This document shows, piece by piece, positions 11,501 through 25,000 of a DNA stretch of 64,000 bases (positions are counted from its first letter, which is position 1; each line of letters begins with the position of its first letter). Source of the stretch: Bugula neritina (lineage: Eukaryota; Animalia; Bryozoa); contig OZ037769.1 in NCBI GenBank assembly GCA_964035545.1, positions 5,561,929-5,625,928 on the forward strand. Reading direction: 5' to 3'. The position numbers were made by a program, and so were the translations under genes. The notes beneath the pieces were generated by a model that had not been told where the DNA came from, made no database searches, and saw only the letters and a list, made by a program, of their open reading frames with translations.

Positions 11501-14500
11501 GTGTAACGTTACAATAGCATATTCACCAGCTTGCAACCTTACAATAACATACCCACCAGCGTGTAGCCTTACAATAATATACCTACCAGTGTATATAATT
11601 TCACAACAAAATAAACATAACGCTGTACTGAAAAGAATGATGTCAAATCAACACAACGACTTGCTGCCTTCACCTTGAGGAGTACCGGCAGCTGAATCCT
11701 GTCCCTGAGGTTCAAGTTGCTGTACCCCTGCAGCTCCAGCTAGCTTTTCACCTTGACCCCCTGCTAGTGGTACACCTGTATTCCCACCAGATGGGGCTAC
11801 TCCTTCTAGCGGTACATCTGCAGCCCCAGCTAGCTTTTCACCTGTATTCCCAAGAGATGGGGCTACTCCTTCTGAAGGGGTTTGTCTACCAGAAGTCGCC
11901 ACTTTTTGCTCGCCCTAGAACAATCAGATATATTAAAAACGAAGACTTTAAGTGTGCTATCTGCACGTCCAAAATGTGATGGATGAACTGATACTAAAAC
12001 AAAATCTACAAAAAAACTATATTAGAATTTTCAAAACTTACTTTAACTGAAATTAACAAATGAATAAAAATTTGAATCAATAAAATTTGAAACAATCAAT
12101 AGCGTGTGATCGTCTGTAAATATTACAAGAGAACACGATCTGCAGTTATCCGCCATCTCTAATGAGAGTTTCAATATAAGTGATGAGTGTTAGTACAAAA
12201 ACTATTGGTTAGTTACGTCATAAACTATTAGTAAGGACTAGTAATAACTAGCACTGATTCACAATATTAACTATTAGTATGAATTGGTAATAATTAGCAG
12301 TGATTCACAATATTAACTATTAGTAAGGATTAGTAATAACTAGCACTGATTCACAATATTAACTATTAGTAAGAATTAGTAATAACTAGCACTGATTTAC
12401 AATATTAACTATTAGTATGAATTGGTAATAACTAGCAGTGATTCACAATATTAACTATTAGTAAGGATTAGTAATAACTAGCACTGATTCAAAATATTAA
12501 CTATTGGTAAGAATTAGTTATAGTTATAGCCACATGCTGTGCCAGCAGTTGAACAACCAACCATGTTTGAAATATTTGTTGGATGATTGGAACATACAAT
12601 TTCAAACATTACACGATTGCATTCAATTATTTGAAACACAACTTTTCGTAAATATTCATGTCCAGGAAATTTCAGATTCAGTTAGAAACTATTGAATAAC
12701 CAATAAGTTGTTCATCAACTAGCAAAATAAATTAAACAGAGCAAAAAATATTTAAACAATGATGAGGTGCATAGAGGATGTAAGTTGAAGTGAAGATGTG
12801 TAAGAGACTGACTAATAGGAAGTAGCAGATGTCTCTTAGCACACAACATACTGTGAAGTTGAAGGAAAACATCTCACTACTAGATGAGTACAAAATGTCA
12901 CACAACTCAGCCTGTGTTACCACATGTCAGCTCTTAGCTACATTTCACACTATTAGATCACACCACATCGAGTAACTAAAAGAGGCAAGTCATAGTCTAA
13001 CCACAAGACGCCCATAGGGTTGGGTGCCGGGGTGAACAGAGAGCCTCTAGCAATGGCTAACTTACCCTGACTTGTTCAACATTGACATTTGGTGAGTTTA
13101 TCTCATGACTAGCTATTTTGTTCTGTTTAAGCGCAAGCTACAAAATCACAGAGTTAACGAGAGTCGCGCATGAAACAGAAGATCGTAGCTTAGCAAAATG
13201 TGAACATGAAACCTTGATGGGAGTTATGCTACCAGGAAGGAGACAAGAGAGACTAGGTAATAGACGGAGACAGATGAAAACAACTGGTACAGTGCTCCCT
13301 CCATATCTCACTAAGCTGCCGGCCCTAAAACTTAGTGACATAGTAGAATAACAGATCTAACTCACGGATCAATTAAATTCAGCCATTTTGTCCCTATACA
13401 CACATACATAAGCCACGAACGGGGCCCAAGCCCTTCTTTTGACCTACTGAATTTCACGAGAAATGGAGGCGTGGGATATAGAGGGAGCACTGCATTACAA
13501 AATATTGTTGAGGGGTGACGACTTCAACTGAAGTATTACGAGTCAACTTTGTTAAATCAGAAAGGTGAACTTTAGACATGAAAATTGTAAGACATTTTGC
13601 TAAGTAAGCAGATGATGAAAATCAATGGATCATTGCACATATACACAAGAGAAGTATACTACCGTAAAAAGGGAATCTCAGCTTTATTTGTTCCCATTCA
13701 ATAGGTGTAACTAAAAGCTTTTATGTTACAGATGCAAAGATAGGTGGGTAAAATGAGACACACCTGGTTCTTAGCAATATTAGCATTGCACGCCTCTTCA
13801 GCTCTCATTGTGCAGAGTCCCTTCTGATCACCAGGAGGCGCCCTGAAGCATACAAAAGTAGAAACTCAATTCCAAAAAACAATTTTGAGATAAATTAGGT
13901 TTAACTTAAAGCCTAGTTTACATAAAATATGAATATATGAGCATATTACTGTTTATTGAGTAAAATTAATATATACTAATTTAGAACAATGAAGTGAAAA
14001 TCAAATTAAAGAAATGCCTATGAATAAGTTCACCAGGTACTCACTGAAAATCCTTATGCAGCTCAATACCTAACAACAGCAAAGAATCTACGCTATCTTT
14101 GCCAAGTTCCTTCGCAACAAAGTTGAGCATTTTCAATTTCTCCTCCAACAGCCGTCTATAAAATATATATATATATAAGAAAAACAAACACAACTAATTG
14201 TTCTACTACCGATAAGGTATAGAGCAAATGCAGATGTACTCTGCAAACAGACTGTAGGTGATTAAAGAACCACGTTAACTTGAATATTTCATCTTTTAAA
14301 AAGCTAGTGGATTATTATTTAACCAAAATAGCAGTACCGATGTAACTCAGTTTCCTTTGAAGGTAATTCAAACATGACTTTGCATTTGAAGTCTGGCCGG
14401 TTTTGTGCCAAATTAATTCAATGAACAAAGTAAGCCGCAGACGTAATACAATAGACTAAAAGCTAACAGCAACTTACTCAGCAGTTTTATTTAGAGATGC

Positions 14501-16798
14501 CGAGGCCGCCTGCAGTTCAGTCACCTTGTTGTTGACTGATGAGAGCTCTCTGAAAAAAGAGTACAAATCACAAAACTCTCGCCAAATATTAAAGTATTGA
14601 AACAAGTGTTTGCATTAATATTGTAGCCCGAGAAAGGAGTAGTAGCAGAGTAAATTGAAGTTATCTCTCCTTTCTATATTTTTAGAAACTCATTAATTAC
14701 AACCAATGGTTTAAGTTAGGGGGCACACAGGGGTATGTCTACCATTATTATCAAACTTTGATCACTGTTTATAACTAATACAATATTTTAGTCACCATAA
14801 AAATATATTGTCTGGGAAGTTAAGCATGTTTAATGAAATATCATTCAGCATTAGAAAATTTGTTCATGAGATATTCATAAACTCATGCAAGTTTATAGTC
14901 ACTATCCCTGTGAGAAACCTCTGATGGAAAGGGTCTTTGAAACCGGATTAAAGACATATTTATATGTGGCACAGGAGTAATTCTGACTGAATGCTCTTCC
15001 TAAAATCACCAATGGCCATTACTGGAGTTTGAACTCATGACTTCGTGTTTACTAATCCAACGCTCTAGCCCCTAGATCACAGCTGACCCTGTCCATGAGA
15101 CATGTATAGGCCTACCCTCACTTATTGAAAAGTTCAGACTTCAGTAGTTAATATTTCCATACTACAGATCCAACATATTTGAATATCAGCTATTGCATCA
15201 ACACTTATAGTGCTCATGCTCATTACGATTGAGAACCAGCATATACTAACTCAGATGAATTTTCCTTGAGTTGGTTGTGCTCAGTTACCAATTTGGAATG
15301 CCTGTCTTGCAAGTCCGTATGGTCAGCTACAACAGAGGAATAACTATTACAAGTGTATACAATCTCTCACAAGTAAATGACATACCCTTGACAGTTTTAT
15401 AATCAAACACTGCCACTGCATACAGCAAAAATAGTATACAAGCACTTCACTGTTTATAAAACCACACAGACAAACAATACACACTGAATAAATCCTGGTG
15501 TAAATGTAGCTGAGTGGAGATAATAAATGTAATACAATACAGTGAATACTTGACAGGAAGAGACCATTGTCGAATGTAGTACGTGCTACTAGTGAATTCA
15601 GCACCACGCCTACTATTATAAGCACATATGATAATCTGTGTGAGGAGAAGGTATAAGTGTTTTACAAACAATGATAAACAATACAACTAGAGTTACTGTG
15701 GATGGCAGATTATATTGTTCACTAGTTTGTAGAGTTAGACAGTCATACTACAACCGCATTAAATGCCAATAATACAACACTTGAACAGCAAACTTTAAGC
15801 CAATCTAGAGTTTTTACACAAGTACAGGCATAGACATTTAAGCAAATTTAGCTGTAATTAGTTTAGAGGTCAATGAACTAAAATCATATTATTTTACTTC
15901 AACTCAATGAGGTCTCCGCTGAATTAGAACTTGAAGATTCTGTAGACAATTTAGCTTTATAGGTCAGCAGTCTTCAGCATAGAATTCTAGTATTTATATC
16001 AACAAACTCTACAAAGGTCTAATAAATAATTTAAAATCTCTACCTCCTGGTGAATATTTGAATACAGGTAATACACACGAGGTGAAACAACCCCAGACAC
16101 CTAACTACTACTCCATAACACTTCAAACCTCACCTTTTAGATGGTCTAGCTCATTTTTCACACCATCCATTAGTTCACTTTGTTGCTTCTATAAACAAAC
16201 CACATGTTGTACAGCAAAAAACTTAACAATAGATAACATTAATTCAAATAATGATGTTAGCTATTAAAAACAGTTAGAACGAATTGAAACTAAAAGCAAC
16301 TAAACAAATGTTTTGAAAACAGGCAACAACTCATCGCAGCCAATGCAAGGGAAAAGCCCATAAAGCTACAGTCAGGGTAGTAACTGGTTGTCAGCTATTA
16401 TTTCTATTAAATCTAGATTTGGGTAACTATATTATGAATTTGTTTATACTTGTTGAACCAATTGTCACAGTAAACATCAGTTAACACACCTCCTTCTCTT
16501 CTACAGTCTTTTTGTGTTGCTCAAATTCATTTCCCAATTGAGTCAATTTAGTTTTCAGATCGTTTTCCTCGGCCATTTTCTCTTTTATTCGCAATTCTGA
16601 ATCTTTCAGGTCATGATCTATTTTCTGTCTTAAATTGTTTGCTTGTGCTACGCTTTCTAAGAGTTCTCTATTTAACCTGCTAGTCCTCCAGTAATTGAAA
16701 CTTAAGATCACAACAACCACAAGTAATCCAGGAATAAGGAATGGTGGAGTTTTGCTGAATCTGTTTCCATTCCGAGGAGATGGGCCAGACATTTTCAT
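8503..16798 (-). CDS. GOLM1/GOLM2(CASC4)-family type II Golgi membrane protein, ~13 exons (internal and 3' junctions approximate)
   Basis: N-terminus MSGPSPRNGNRFSKTPPFLIPGLLVVVVILSFNYW matches the GOLM1/2 pattern (KSPP + TM + FNYW). Coiled-coil exons follow (~16490-16798, 16133-16188, 15251-15327, 14478-14549, 14092-14155, 13764-13843, 13066-13137), then low-complexity/acidic lumenal exons (~11670-11914, 11269-11376, 10920-11079, 9591-9705, 8866-8985, 8503-8553). Confidence 0.8.
9766..10008. repeat. 42-bp minisatellite, ~6 units, ~60 bp from a GOLM-like acceptor
   Basis: actactatatgataccataagctttacaactctatcaggttc in tandem; this explains ORF 9766..10089 (VVKLMVSYSSEPDR)n. Confidence 0.93.
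11490..11595. repeat. Degenerate ~30-bp tandem repeat, 3-4 units
   Basis: at(a/t)c(t/c)(c/a)accag(t/c)gtg...ttacaata(a/g)c repeated; on the sense strand most units read CTG|GT(A/G)(G/A)GT-like, i.e. donor-like. Confidence 0.6.
12223..12520. repeat. 46-bp minisatellite, ~6.5 units, with higher-order structure
   Basis: aactattagtaaggattagtaataactagcactgattcacaatatt at 12223, 12269, 12315, 12361, 12407, 12453 and 12499. Confidence 0.93.
13290..13492. mobile_element. Tc1/mariner-type (pogo/Tigger-like) MITE, internally deleted copy
   Basis: TIRs CAGTGCTCCCTC...GAGGGAGCACTG (extend to ~22 bp with mismatches); TA on the left, CA on the right; homologous to 26966-27401. Confidence 0.82.
14879..15089 (-). 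mobile_element. tRNA-derived SINE, copy 2
   Basis: Reverse-complement match to 2899-3113, including the 3' tail tataaacttgcatgagttt. Confidence 0.85.
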
Positions 16799-17149
16799 AA
16801 CGTCAAATTGAACTCAGCTGAAATTATGGGTAAAAAATATTCATCAACAAAAACTCAATCATATAATAGCTTTACAAAATAGCTTATACAAGGCCATATA
16901 GCACTCTTGAAATTTAGTCTTCTTTTAAATTTTACTTCTACTAAATGTAATAGCTTCAAAAGCAAGTACTTTTAAATTAGTACACAATTGTGCCAATGAG
17001 TAGCTAAGTCAATTAAACAACATGACATGGAATACTTTTTAAATACAAATCACAGCGGCACTCGTACTCTGAAACTTCTTTCTTAAGCTGGATTACTGCC
17101 AGTACAATATTAATCTTCAGGGTCATTAGTTTAAATTAGCAACTCAAAT

Positions 17150-17580
17150 CACAATTATCTGATTATAGGGTGATGATAGAAGTATTAGTATTACATTTAG
17201 TTTTACTGTACCACTATGACGATCACTACTAATACTATCAGTGTATCATTATCAGTATGATATTGAATATGTCAGATTATCATACTCAGTCATATTCACT
17301 TACAGTTACAGTTACTGATATTCATACACTAAAACTTACAGTCACATTCATACTAATAGTAATAGTAATACTCTCACTCTGAATGTACCTCGCATCTTCA
17401 TCTTGATCTATACTCATACTTATAGTTATACTCAATAAATTATAGCTATATACTGATACAGTACGACTAACAGTAACAGACTATGAGTATCACTATCACT
17501 GATACTCATACTCATAGTCTCAGTCTGTTACTGTTAGACTTAGTGTTAGTCATACTGAATATGAATATCTATTCATTTTA
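17150..17580. repeat. Drifting-hexamer tract in the inferred first intron of the GOLM-like gene
   Basis: actaat agtaat agtaat actctc actctg ... atcttc atcttg atctat actcat acttat agttat ... tgagta tcacta tcactg atactc atactc atagtc tcagtc tgttac tgttag. Confidence 0.7.
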
Positions 17581-19014
17581 ATTTTCAATAGGAGTATGAA
17601 ACGCTTAAAACTAAAATGAAGTTTTCAATTATGATTATTGCATTCGATGTTGGTAAAAACTATGAAAGAAATTAGTTTTACTTTCACCACAAAGCCAAGC
17701 TAGGCAATAAAAGTTTATTCGCGTCACTGAAAGTGAATACAAATATTTCGTTTCGCTGGTACACTTATTCGCCAAGTTTCTATTTGGCTGTTGCGGCTTG
17801 TTTGCAGCCAAAAAACTAGAATGTGGATAGCAACGTTAGACTGGGTAACCTGTTGCCCCGTGCTACTTTGCTGAAAGGTTTAGGAGGCTTTGCTTTAATA
17901 ACTGGCTCGGAATGCAATGTTGGGATTTCAACGTTTCCATTTTAGACGCATATAATACATGGTCAGACAACTCCTTACTCATCTAATGAATTATGGTACG
18001 ACATAATATACATTACATCCAATGTACATACACGTATTATAACGTTATGATGAGAGATTCGGTTTCATACCAAACATGATCTGTAAAGGAAATACATGGA
18101 ATACATCAACATTTTAAATAAAATAGTTTATATATGTAGGCCTACTCAGACCTTTGATACTATAACCAGCTATATCAATTTATATGGGAGTAGCTAGGGC
18201 CTAATATCACTACACTTGCAGCAAATAAGCTATAACATATACGTTTTTTATAGATGAAAAAAGTATTAGACTCTAGAATTTGTAACATTTAGGTATAGAA
18301 ACCATAAAGTTATGACTCTAATTATGGTAATATAATTAATGCAAATATACAACCTTCAATACAGCTTCTGCTATATAAATTTGCATACAACAAATTGTCA
18401 AGTATATATATGCAAGTATAATTAGCCACTAAATTCCAAGCATATGAGAACATCAGAACAGTAAACAACAATTATTAGAGCACAAATTTATTTTATGACA
18501 TATTTTAATCAGATGTAATCATCATCATTATCAATTTGATCAAAAATTATTAAGCTACATAAAAATTGCACAATAATATAATCTGTAAGCAATGGAATGG
18601 CAATTAAAATGACAAAATTTTCCATAAGCCAGCAAAATGCAATTTCAAAAATACTCAACTGCAAAAAAATAAAAATTGAAGGCAGTAGGGCATAGGCTAT
18701 ATCTGATAATTAGTTGTTATCTGCATTACAATGATTTTAATATAAACAAACATCACAATGTGTCTAATGCATAGAGGAGCTAGTCATATATGCTGCATGT
18801 GAATCACACAACTATACAACTCAAATCACTTGCAACAGTATTATATTTGAAATCAACTATCATATCAATATCATGTAAATATATATAAATATTTATGTTG
18901 AATAAATTAATTTGAGCAATGTAGGAGTAAATGCAAACATAAATAAAGCAACAAGAAGGAACGTTACAGGCTGTAGGAAAAATAACAGAGAAAAGAAGTG
19001 GAATAGGTCAAAAA

Positions 19015-22000
19015 CTAGGACAGGAAGTTGACTTCTAGATCCACATCGTACATGTCTTTCCACGGCCCCTTCAGAGTGTCAATAAACTGCATCATGGAAG
19101 AGGGAGAAACAAACACTAGCTTGTGCGAGAATTCTAGAGATTCTTCCTCAAACCCTTGAATGTCCACCTCACATCTCTCCTTCCGCACATTCTGCATGCA
19201 GAGTTTTAATCAAATTAGAATAATACCTGCATGTTGTGTATAAAACATTTCTCTAGTCGTCACACAATAAATACGAAAGGAAGTACTTGGATACAGTGAA
19301 ACAGTTGAAAAGGTAGATATGCTAATATGGCATAGTGCCAACACAGCCTTGCTTACCAATTAGAAAGGCAGTTATAGTAAAATGGCTTCCTATTACTTTT
19401 TTCTTTGCTTAGATTACACCTGAGTTTTACACTTTCTATGATCAAAATTTAGCCAACTGCTATTTTGTAGGAGTATTTATCAGCAGAAATATATTTTAAG
19501 CTCAATTACAATCACAAACAGAAATTAACCTTGGGACAATTCTTTTAAACTACCAGGGTGAGTAGAATATAAAATTCAGATTGCTAAAACGAAAAATATT
19601 AGCCAAATACAAAGAAACAAAAAGTTAAAACAAATGTGGTGCACATAAAGTATAAACTAATCATATTTGTGAAAAGGGCAGACCAGAACACAGGCTAAAG
19701 GCTAAACTAGTACGACAGAAGATAACTCCTGAGAAATGCATTATTGCAGTTCTTTGTAGTCCAACTTTTGAAGAGAAATTCACAATAAAAATGGAAGTGG
19801 AGCTAAACTCACCAACTGCAATTATTTTAAACAAAACATTGCACACGAGTGACACAACGACATGACTTCAAAAGTGCTCTTACCAGATGAGCAATATCTC
19901 CTATGGGTATAGACATATCTAACGTAAAGTAGCTGAGTTTCTTAGGGAGGCGTTGCCGTGTGAAAGGGTAGTGGTACTTTTCTGTCAGCATATACAGAGT
20001 TGTGTCATCAGATATCAGGCTAATAGCCTCACATCCCTCCATTAAATCTGTCAAAGCAATTAGATATTAGATATAACAAAATCAAGCAAATATAACAGAT
20101 GAATTATGCTGTGGAAAAGAATTAACGGTCTCTTGCAACCTTTTTATATCACAAAAAGCTTGAAGTCACTATTAAAAAATGTGCATTAAAAATATAAATT
20201 TCATGTCATAGAAAAGCAAAAATGTGTAACGTAAATGAGGAGTTGCCGGTAGTGTTCTAGATATGGTTGTTCTCCGACCACTATGTTAACAAGAACTAGT
20301 AAGTCTCAAACTGATGCAAATAGTTAAAGCTGGCAGATGATTTATGTTCTTTAATACAAGATAATCAGGATGTCAGGAGCAAGTAACTTCTGGAAGGTAC
20401 ACAAAGCCTAACCACACATGCTGATATGCATGGATAGTTCATGCATTATGCTTAGTTTGTGTTATCCCCGCAATACCTATATTACAAGAGTCACTGGAGT
20501 CAAGCTGTTTGAATGCTGCCGTATAAGCAGCAGATATGCTCTGCCCGTCTTCAGATCGGCTGATAGAGGGAAGACACTTTCCGATGTGCTGGTAATACTC
20601 CATATTTATCTTCAGTATTGACTTCAGTTTACTGCTGCTTCCAAATGAGCTGTCACTAAAAATCCCTGTAACATGACGGAATAGCGTGCTGTAGAAGATA
20701 GTATACTATATAACCAGTACCACACTCACACTGCCACACTTGTCATTTTACCTGACAGCAGTATATAAGAGGATTTGTAATACAGGACTTTTGGTAAAAA
20801 TGGCACAGGTAATAATGGCATAAGTAATAATGAAAAGTAGGTAAAAATGGCAAAATGATGTGAAACAAACCCGCAATTCCATCACCAAACCCACAATATT
20901 GAAATTGTGTCATTTTTACCTATGCCATTTTGAAAGGTAAGGGCTCAGATAGAATAGTTCTTAGGTATTACTTTTATTTGTTTTACAGTTTAACTTTTTC
21001 ACAATTAAAGGAAATGCAAGTATGTGAGCTCTGTGACAAATGAAAGGCTAACCTAGTCTGAGGGAACTAAGTGCATTATTGTCTTACTGGGTAGAGTAAA
21101 AGTAACTATTAACTCACTGAGTATGTATAATGAATATAACTATTAACTCACTGCGTATGTATAATGAATATAACTATTAACTCACTGAGTATGTATAATG
21201 AATATAACTATTAACTCACTGAGTATGTATAATGAATATAACTATTAACTCACTGAGTATGTATAATAAATATAACTATTAACTCATTGAGTATGTATAA
21301 TAAAAGCAACTATAAACTCACTGGCTATACAAGAGTGAAGAAGTTTGCCCAGGTTAGTGTCCCGTAGCAAGATACAGTATCCTGCCTTATGAAACTCGAG
21401 CCGTATATTCTGGTGGGCAAGTCCTATCTCAATGTACAGGATCTCCGACAAAGATGTCTTCTGAATCAGTTGCATATGGGAACCAACATCTACCCTTCTA
21501 GAAATACGTAGACACAGAGTGTTCTTTGAGAGCAGTAACTACACAGTTGTGAAGTTCAATTAGTGGTTGACTATAAGAGCTATTATATGGAAATTCAGAA
21601 AACATCACAAGCCCAACCCCGAGTATACATTTTATTTAAATAGAGAAACTTTATACATTGATAGAAGCTTTGAAAATTATCTATGCAGTTTTTATATATT
21701 ACTGAGACCTTTAAAATTTGTTTTACAATAAAAAGTAGTAGTTTTAAAAATGAATTTAACCAACCACATATCAGCAGTAATATAACGTAATACTGGAAAA
21801 ATATTGTACAATATCTACCCTGTGTAGTATACATTGTAGTGTATATTACACTACACTGTGTAGAATACAGTACAATATACTGTGTAGTATACACTGCAAT
21901 ACACTGCGTAGTATACACTACAATACATTGCATAGTATACACTACAATACATTGCGTAGTATACACTACAATACATGGCGTAGTATACACTACAATACGT

Positions 22001-25000
22001 TGCGTAGTATACACTACAATACATTGCGTAGTATACACTACAATACACTGTATTGAAGATGAGTTAATACCTGTTTAGGGGAGGATGTAGTCTGAGTATA
22101 TAGAGGTGTAGGTTGGTTATTACAAGTATCCCAGCATGCTCATCTGGCTTAGTGTACTCCACATACTTACACTAGAAATAGAGTAAGTCACTTATAAATG
22201 ATATATTATTAAAAAGCAAATACACATATTCATCACACAGTAAGTAACGTATGGCTTAGCCAACAACTTTAATGAAAACAATTTTGTAAAAATAGTTTTA
22301 CATTTTTAAAACACATAGAAAACCAACAGTTAAATTGCCAGTGAAAATTAATTTGCTATAAAACTTGTCATTTATTGTGAAATGTAAACTAATTTGGGCA
22401 TTTTCTACAGTATAAACTTATTAACACAATGACGAAATTATGTTTAAATCATCTAAGAAACTGGGATACAGCAACTATGTACTTGCAGTGACTTTAAATC
22501 TGTGAAAAATAAGAAGTTTGACTACAAGATGAGGGAAGACAACTTGAAAAATTGAACAAGGATGGATAGCAATTCGATTAGACAAAACCACTGAATATAT
22601 AAAAATACCTAAACAAGATAATGTATTTTGGTAATGTTTTGTGCACACATTAAATAAATTTGATTTAATCTGCTTAAACTGCTATTAAACCCAAGTTAAA
22701 AATAACTTAATAACAATATTCATAATTTCATAAATATGATGATAAAATAAACAACAACTTTACACACATACCCTGACTACACACTTGGGTTGTTCGCCAT
22801 CTTGAAAGTATGTAACTGTGAGGTGAAGCTGGAGTCGGTGATCAATGTAGCTTAGGTTTGTAGGATCAAACTTATAGCTGCTAAGGGGATCTACCACATA
22901 TGTAGGTAACGGCCCGACTTGTTCGTCGTGTGTCTGAGAATCACTCAATACAGATTCTTCTCCCTCAACACTGTGATAGCTGCAATATAATGCCAAATAG
23001 CAAAGAGCAACAACAAAAATTATTATCAACATGTCAAGAAAATAGAGAGTACAATCTTCATAATAACAAAACATATCTTAAAATAATTCATCAGTCGCCA
23101 AAATTCTCAGACAAGTCTGCAGTTTTAAAAGCACCCATTTTTACAAAATTCATTTAATTGAGCTATTTTAATTTATCTGAAACAGTATAAAGGAAAATCA
23201 CATAATGAACAAATTATTAAAAATTATAGAAAATTATTAAAAATTCGCCTAATCTAGAGATTTCAACTTCATCTTATTGAAATAATACAAATAAAAATTA
23301 CAAAACAAAGGAATTAATATGTGAAATCAACATTTTTGAAAACTAAATAATATATTTCCAATGTCAAGAAGCTTACATAGAAAAATGTAAACTCAATATT
23401 AGAACAGCTAATCACATGATGATATCAGTCTGGTGACTAAACTCAAAAGTATAGTTTCATGAACTGAGTTAATACAAAACACTTTACGGAAACACCTCCC
23501 CCCATTTACAAGCTCAAGCAAATAGAAAACAAATAGAAATTGATTAGAGAGTAATAGTTTGCATGATATAGTAGATTGGGTGACTATTTAATTAGTAACA
23601 CAAGAAACTCCCCACCGGTTGCTTAGCAACAATACTTCAGATACACAGAAAGAGCTGCCAACCTTAATGCGCTGTCAGGAGTCTCAGAGAGTGGCGGTGT
23701 TTCAGCAGCTTTCTCCTCAATCTCCACATCACCGCCCTCGCTTAGTTCCAATTCTTTGCTGGGAACTTGACTCCTAGCTTCAGGCTCAATACTGTCAGGA
23801 TTATCACGGGTGGGGGAGATAGCGGAGTCCCCCTCATCCAGTAGGGACAAGTAAAGACTGTTGCTTGAAGAACTAAAGTGAGGGAATGTGGATCTGATAT
23901 TTAGTAGCAATTAACAATATGCTCATATTAGAAACTTCATGCGACGGTAAAATTTTATGTGCCATAAGTTTTGTGAGTCAGTTATTCCTTATAAAAAGAT
24001 ATATTTTATCTAATAACTGTGTGAAATGACACACACTGTCCAGGACACCGAGTTTTGAACAGTTTTAAGCAACATTATGATTTCTATAAACACTTTTTCT
24101 GCAAAAATTCAGAAAAAATACTTTGAGTCATAAAAATACATGGCAACAAATATTCTGAAGACAACTAGTTAGCCATCACGCATAGATAATTTTGCAACTC
24201 TTAAAGATTGTAGAAGTTATTCATAGAAACGATTTTTACACTCAAATTGTGCAAACATCAAACCACTGACTTTATTTTTCACTGAACAATTTACTGTCTT
24301 AAGCTAAACAGCAGGTACGCACCTTGTATTAAGAGAATCAGTTTTTTTGTTTTTAGCATTGGGTTTGGTCATTAGAAAAGAAGAAGACGGGCTGGTGCCT
24401 TGAGACCCGTAAGGTGTACTGTGAGTGTGCTGAGCAGCACTAACTTCTATCACCATATCACTACCGCAGTGAATGCATGCTATACCCACACCTATAGACA
24501 AAATACTAGCTGTTACTACAAAGAGACTTACATACACCCAATTAAAACACACAGTCAACAACAACCTACACATGATATTGTATAGCTACAACTACAAAGT
24601 ACCATTTACAGCATTACCTGTGCACACGGAACTATAGAATGTTGTAATTAGAATAGTTTTAAAGATAATTTTCAATATTTCCCAAGACTAAATAACTTAT
24701 AAGATGTGATATTCAAGATCCGAAATTAAAACCATTTTAGACTCTGATTTGCAAGTTGGTTTAAATAAGCAAAACTGCAAACTATTAAATAACGTAAAAA
24801 CCAATCAGGGGACATTCAAATTGATATTCTATACTTACGCCTTTTAGTAACACTCTTTTGGAGAAATTGTTTGCCACATTTCAAACACTAAAAAATGAAT
24901 ATGAAAGTTACACCTTTAGAGCTTGTTGAATTCGTGTTTGCTAATTCTAAGATGTATAAGGTAGACAGTGGCACCCATTAATGGATTAAATCAAATTTAT

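Noticed and set aside
11655-11680. GC-AG intron in the GOLM-like gene (GGCA|GCAAGT)
   Set aside because: A canonical phase-compatible AAG|GTGAAG donor lies 9 nt upstream; cannot be distinguished without cDNA.
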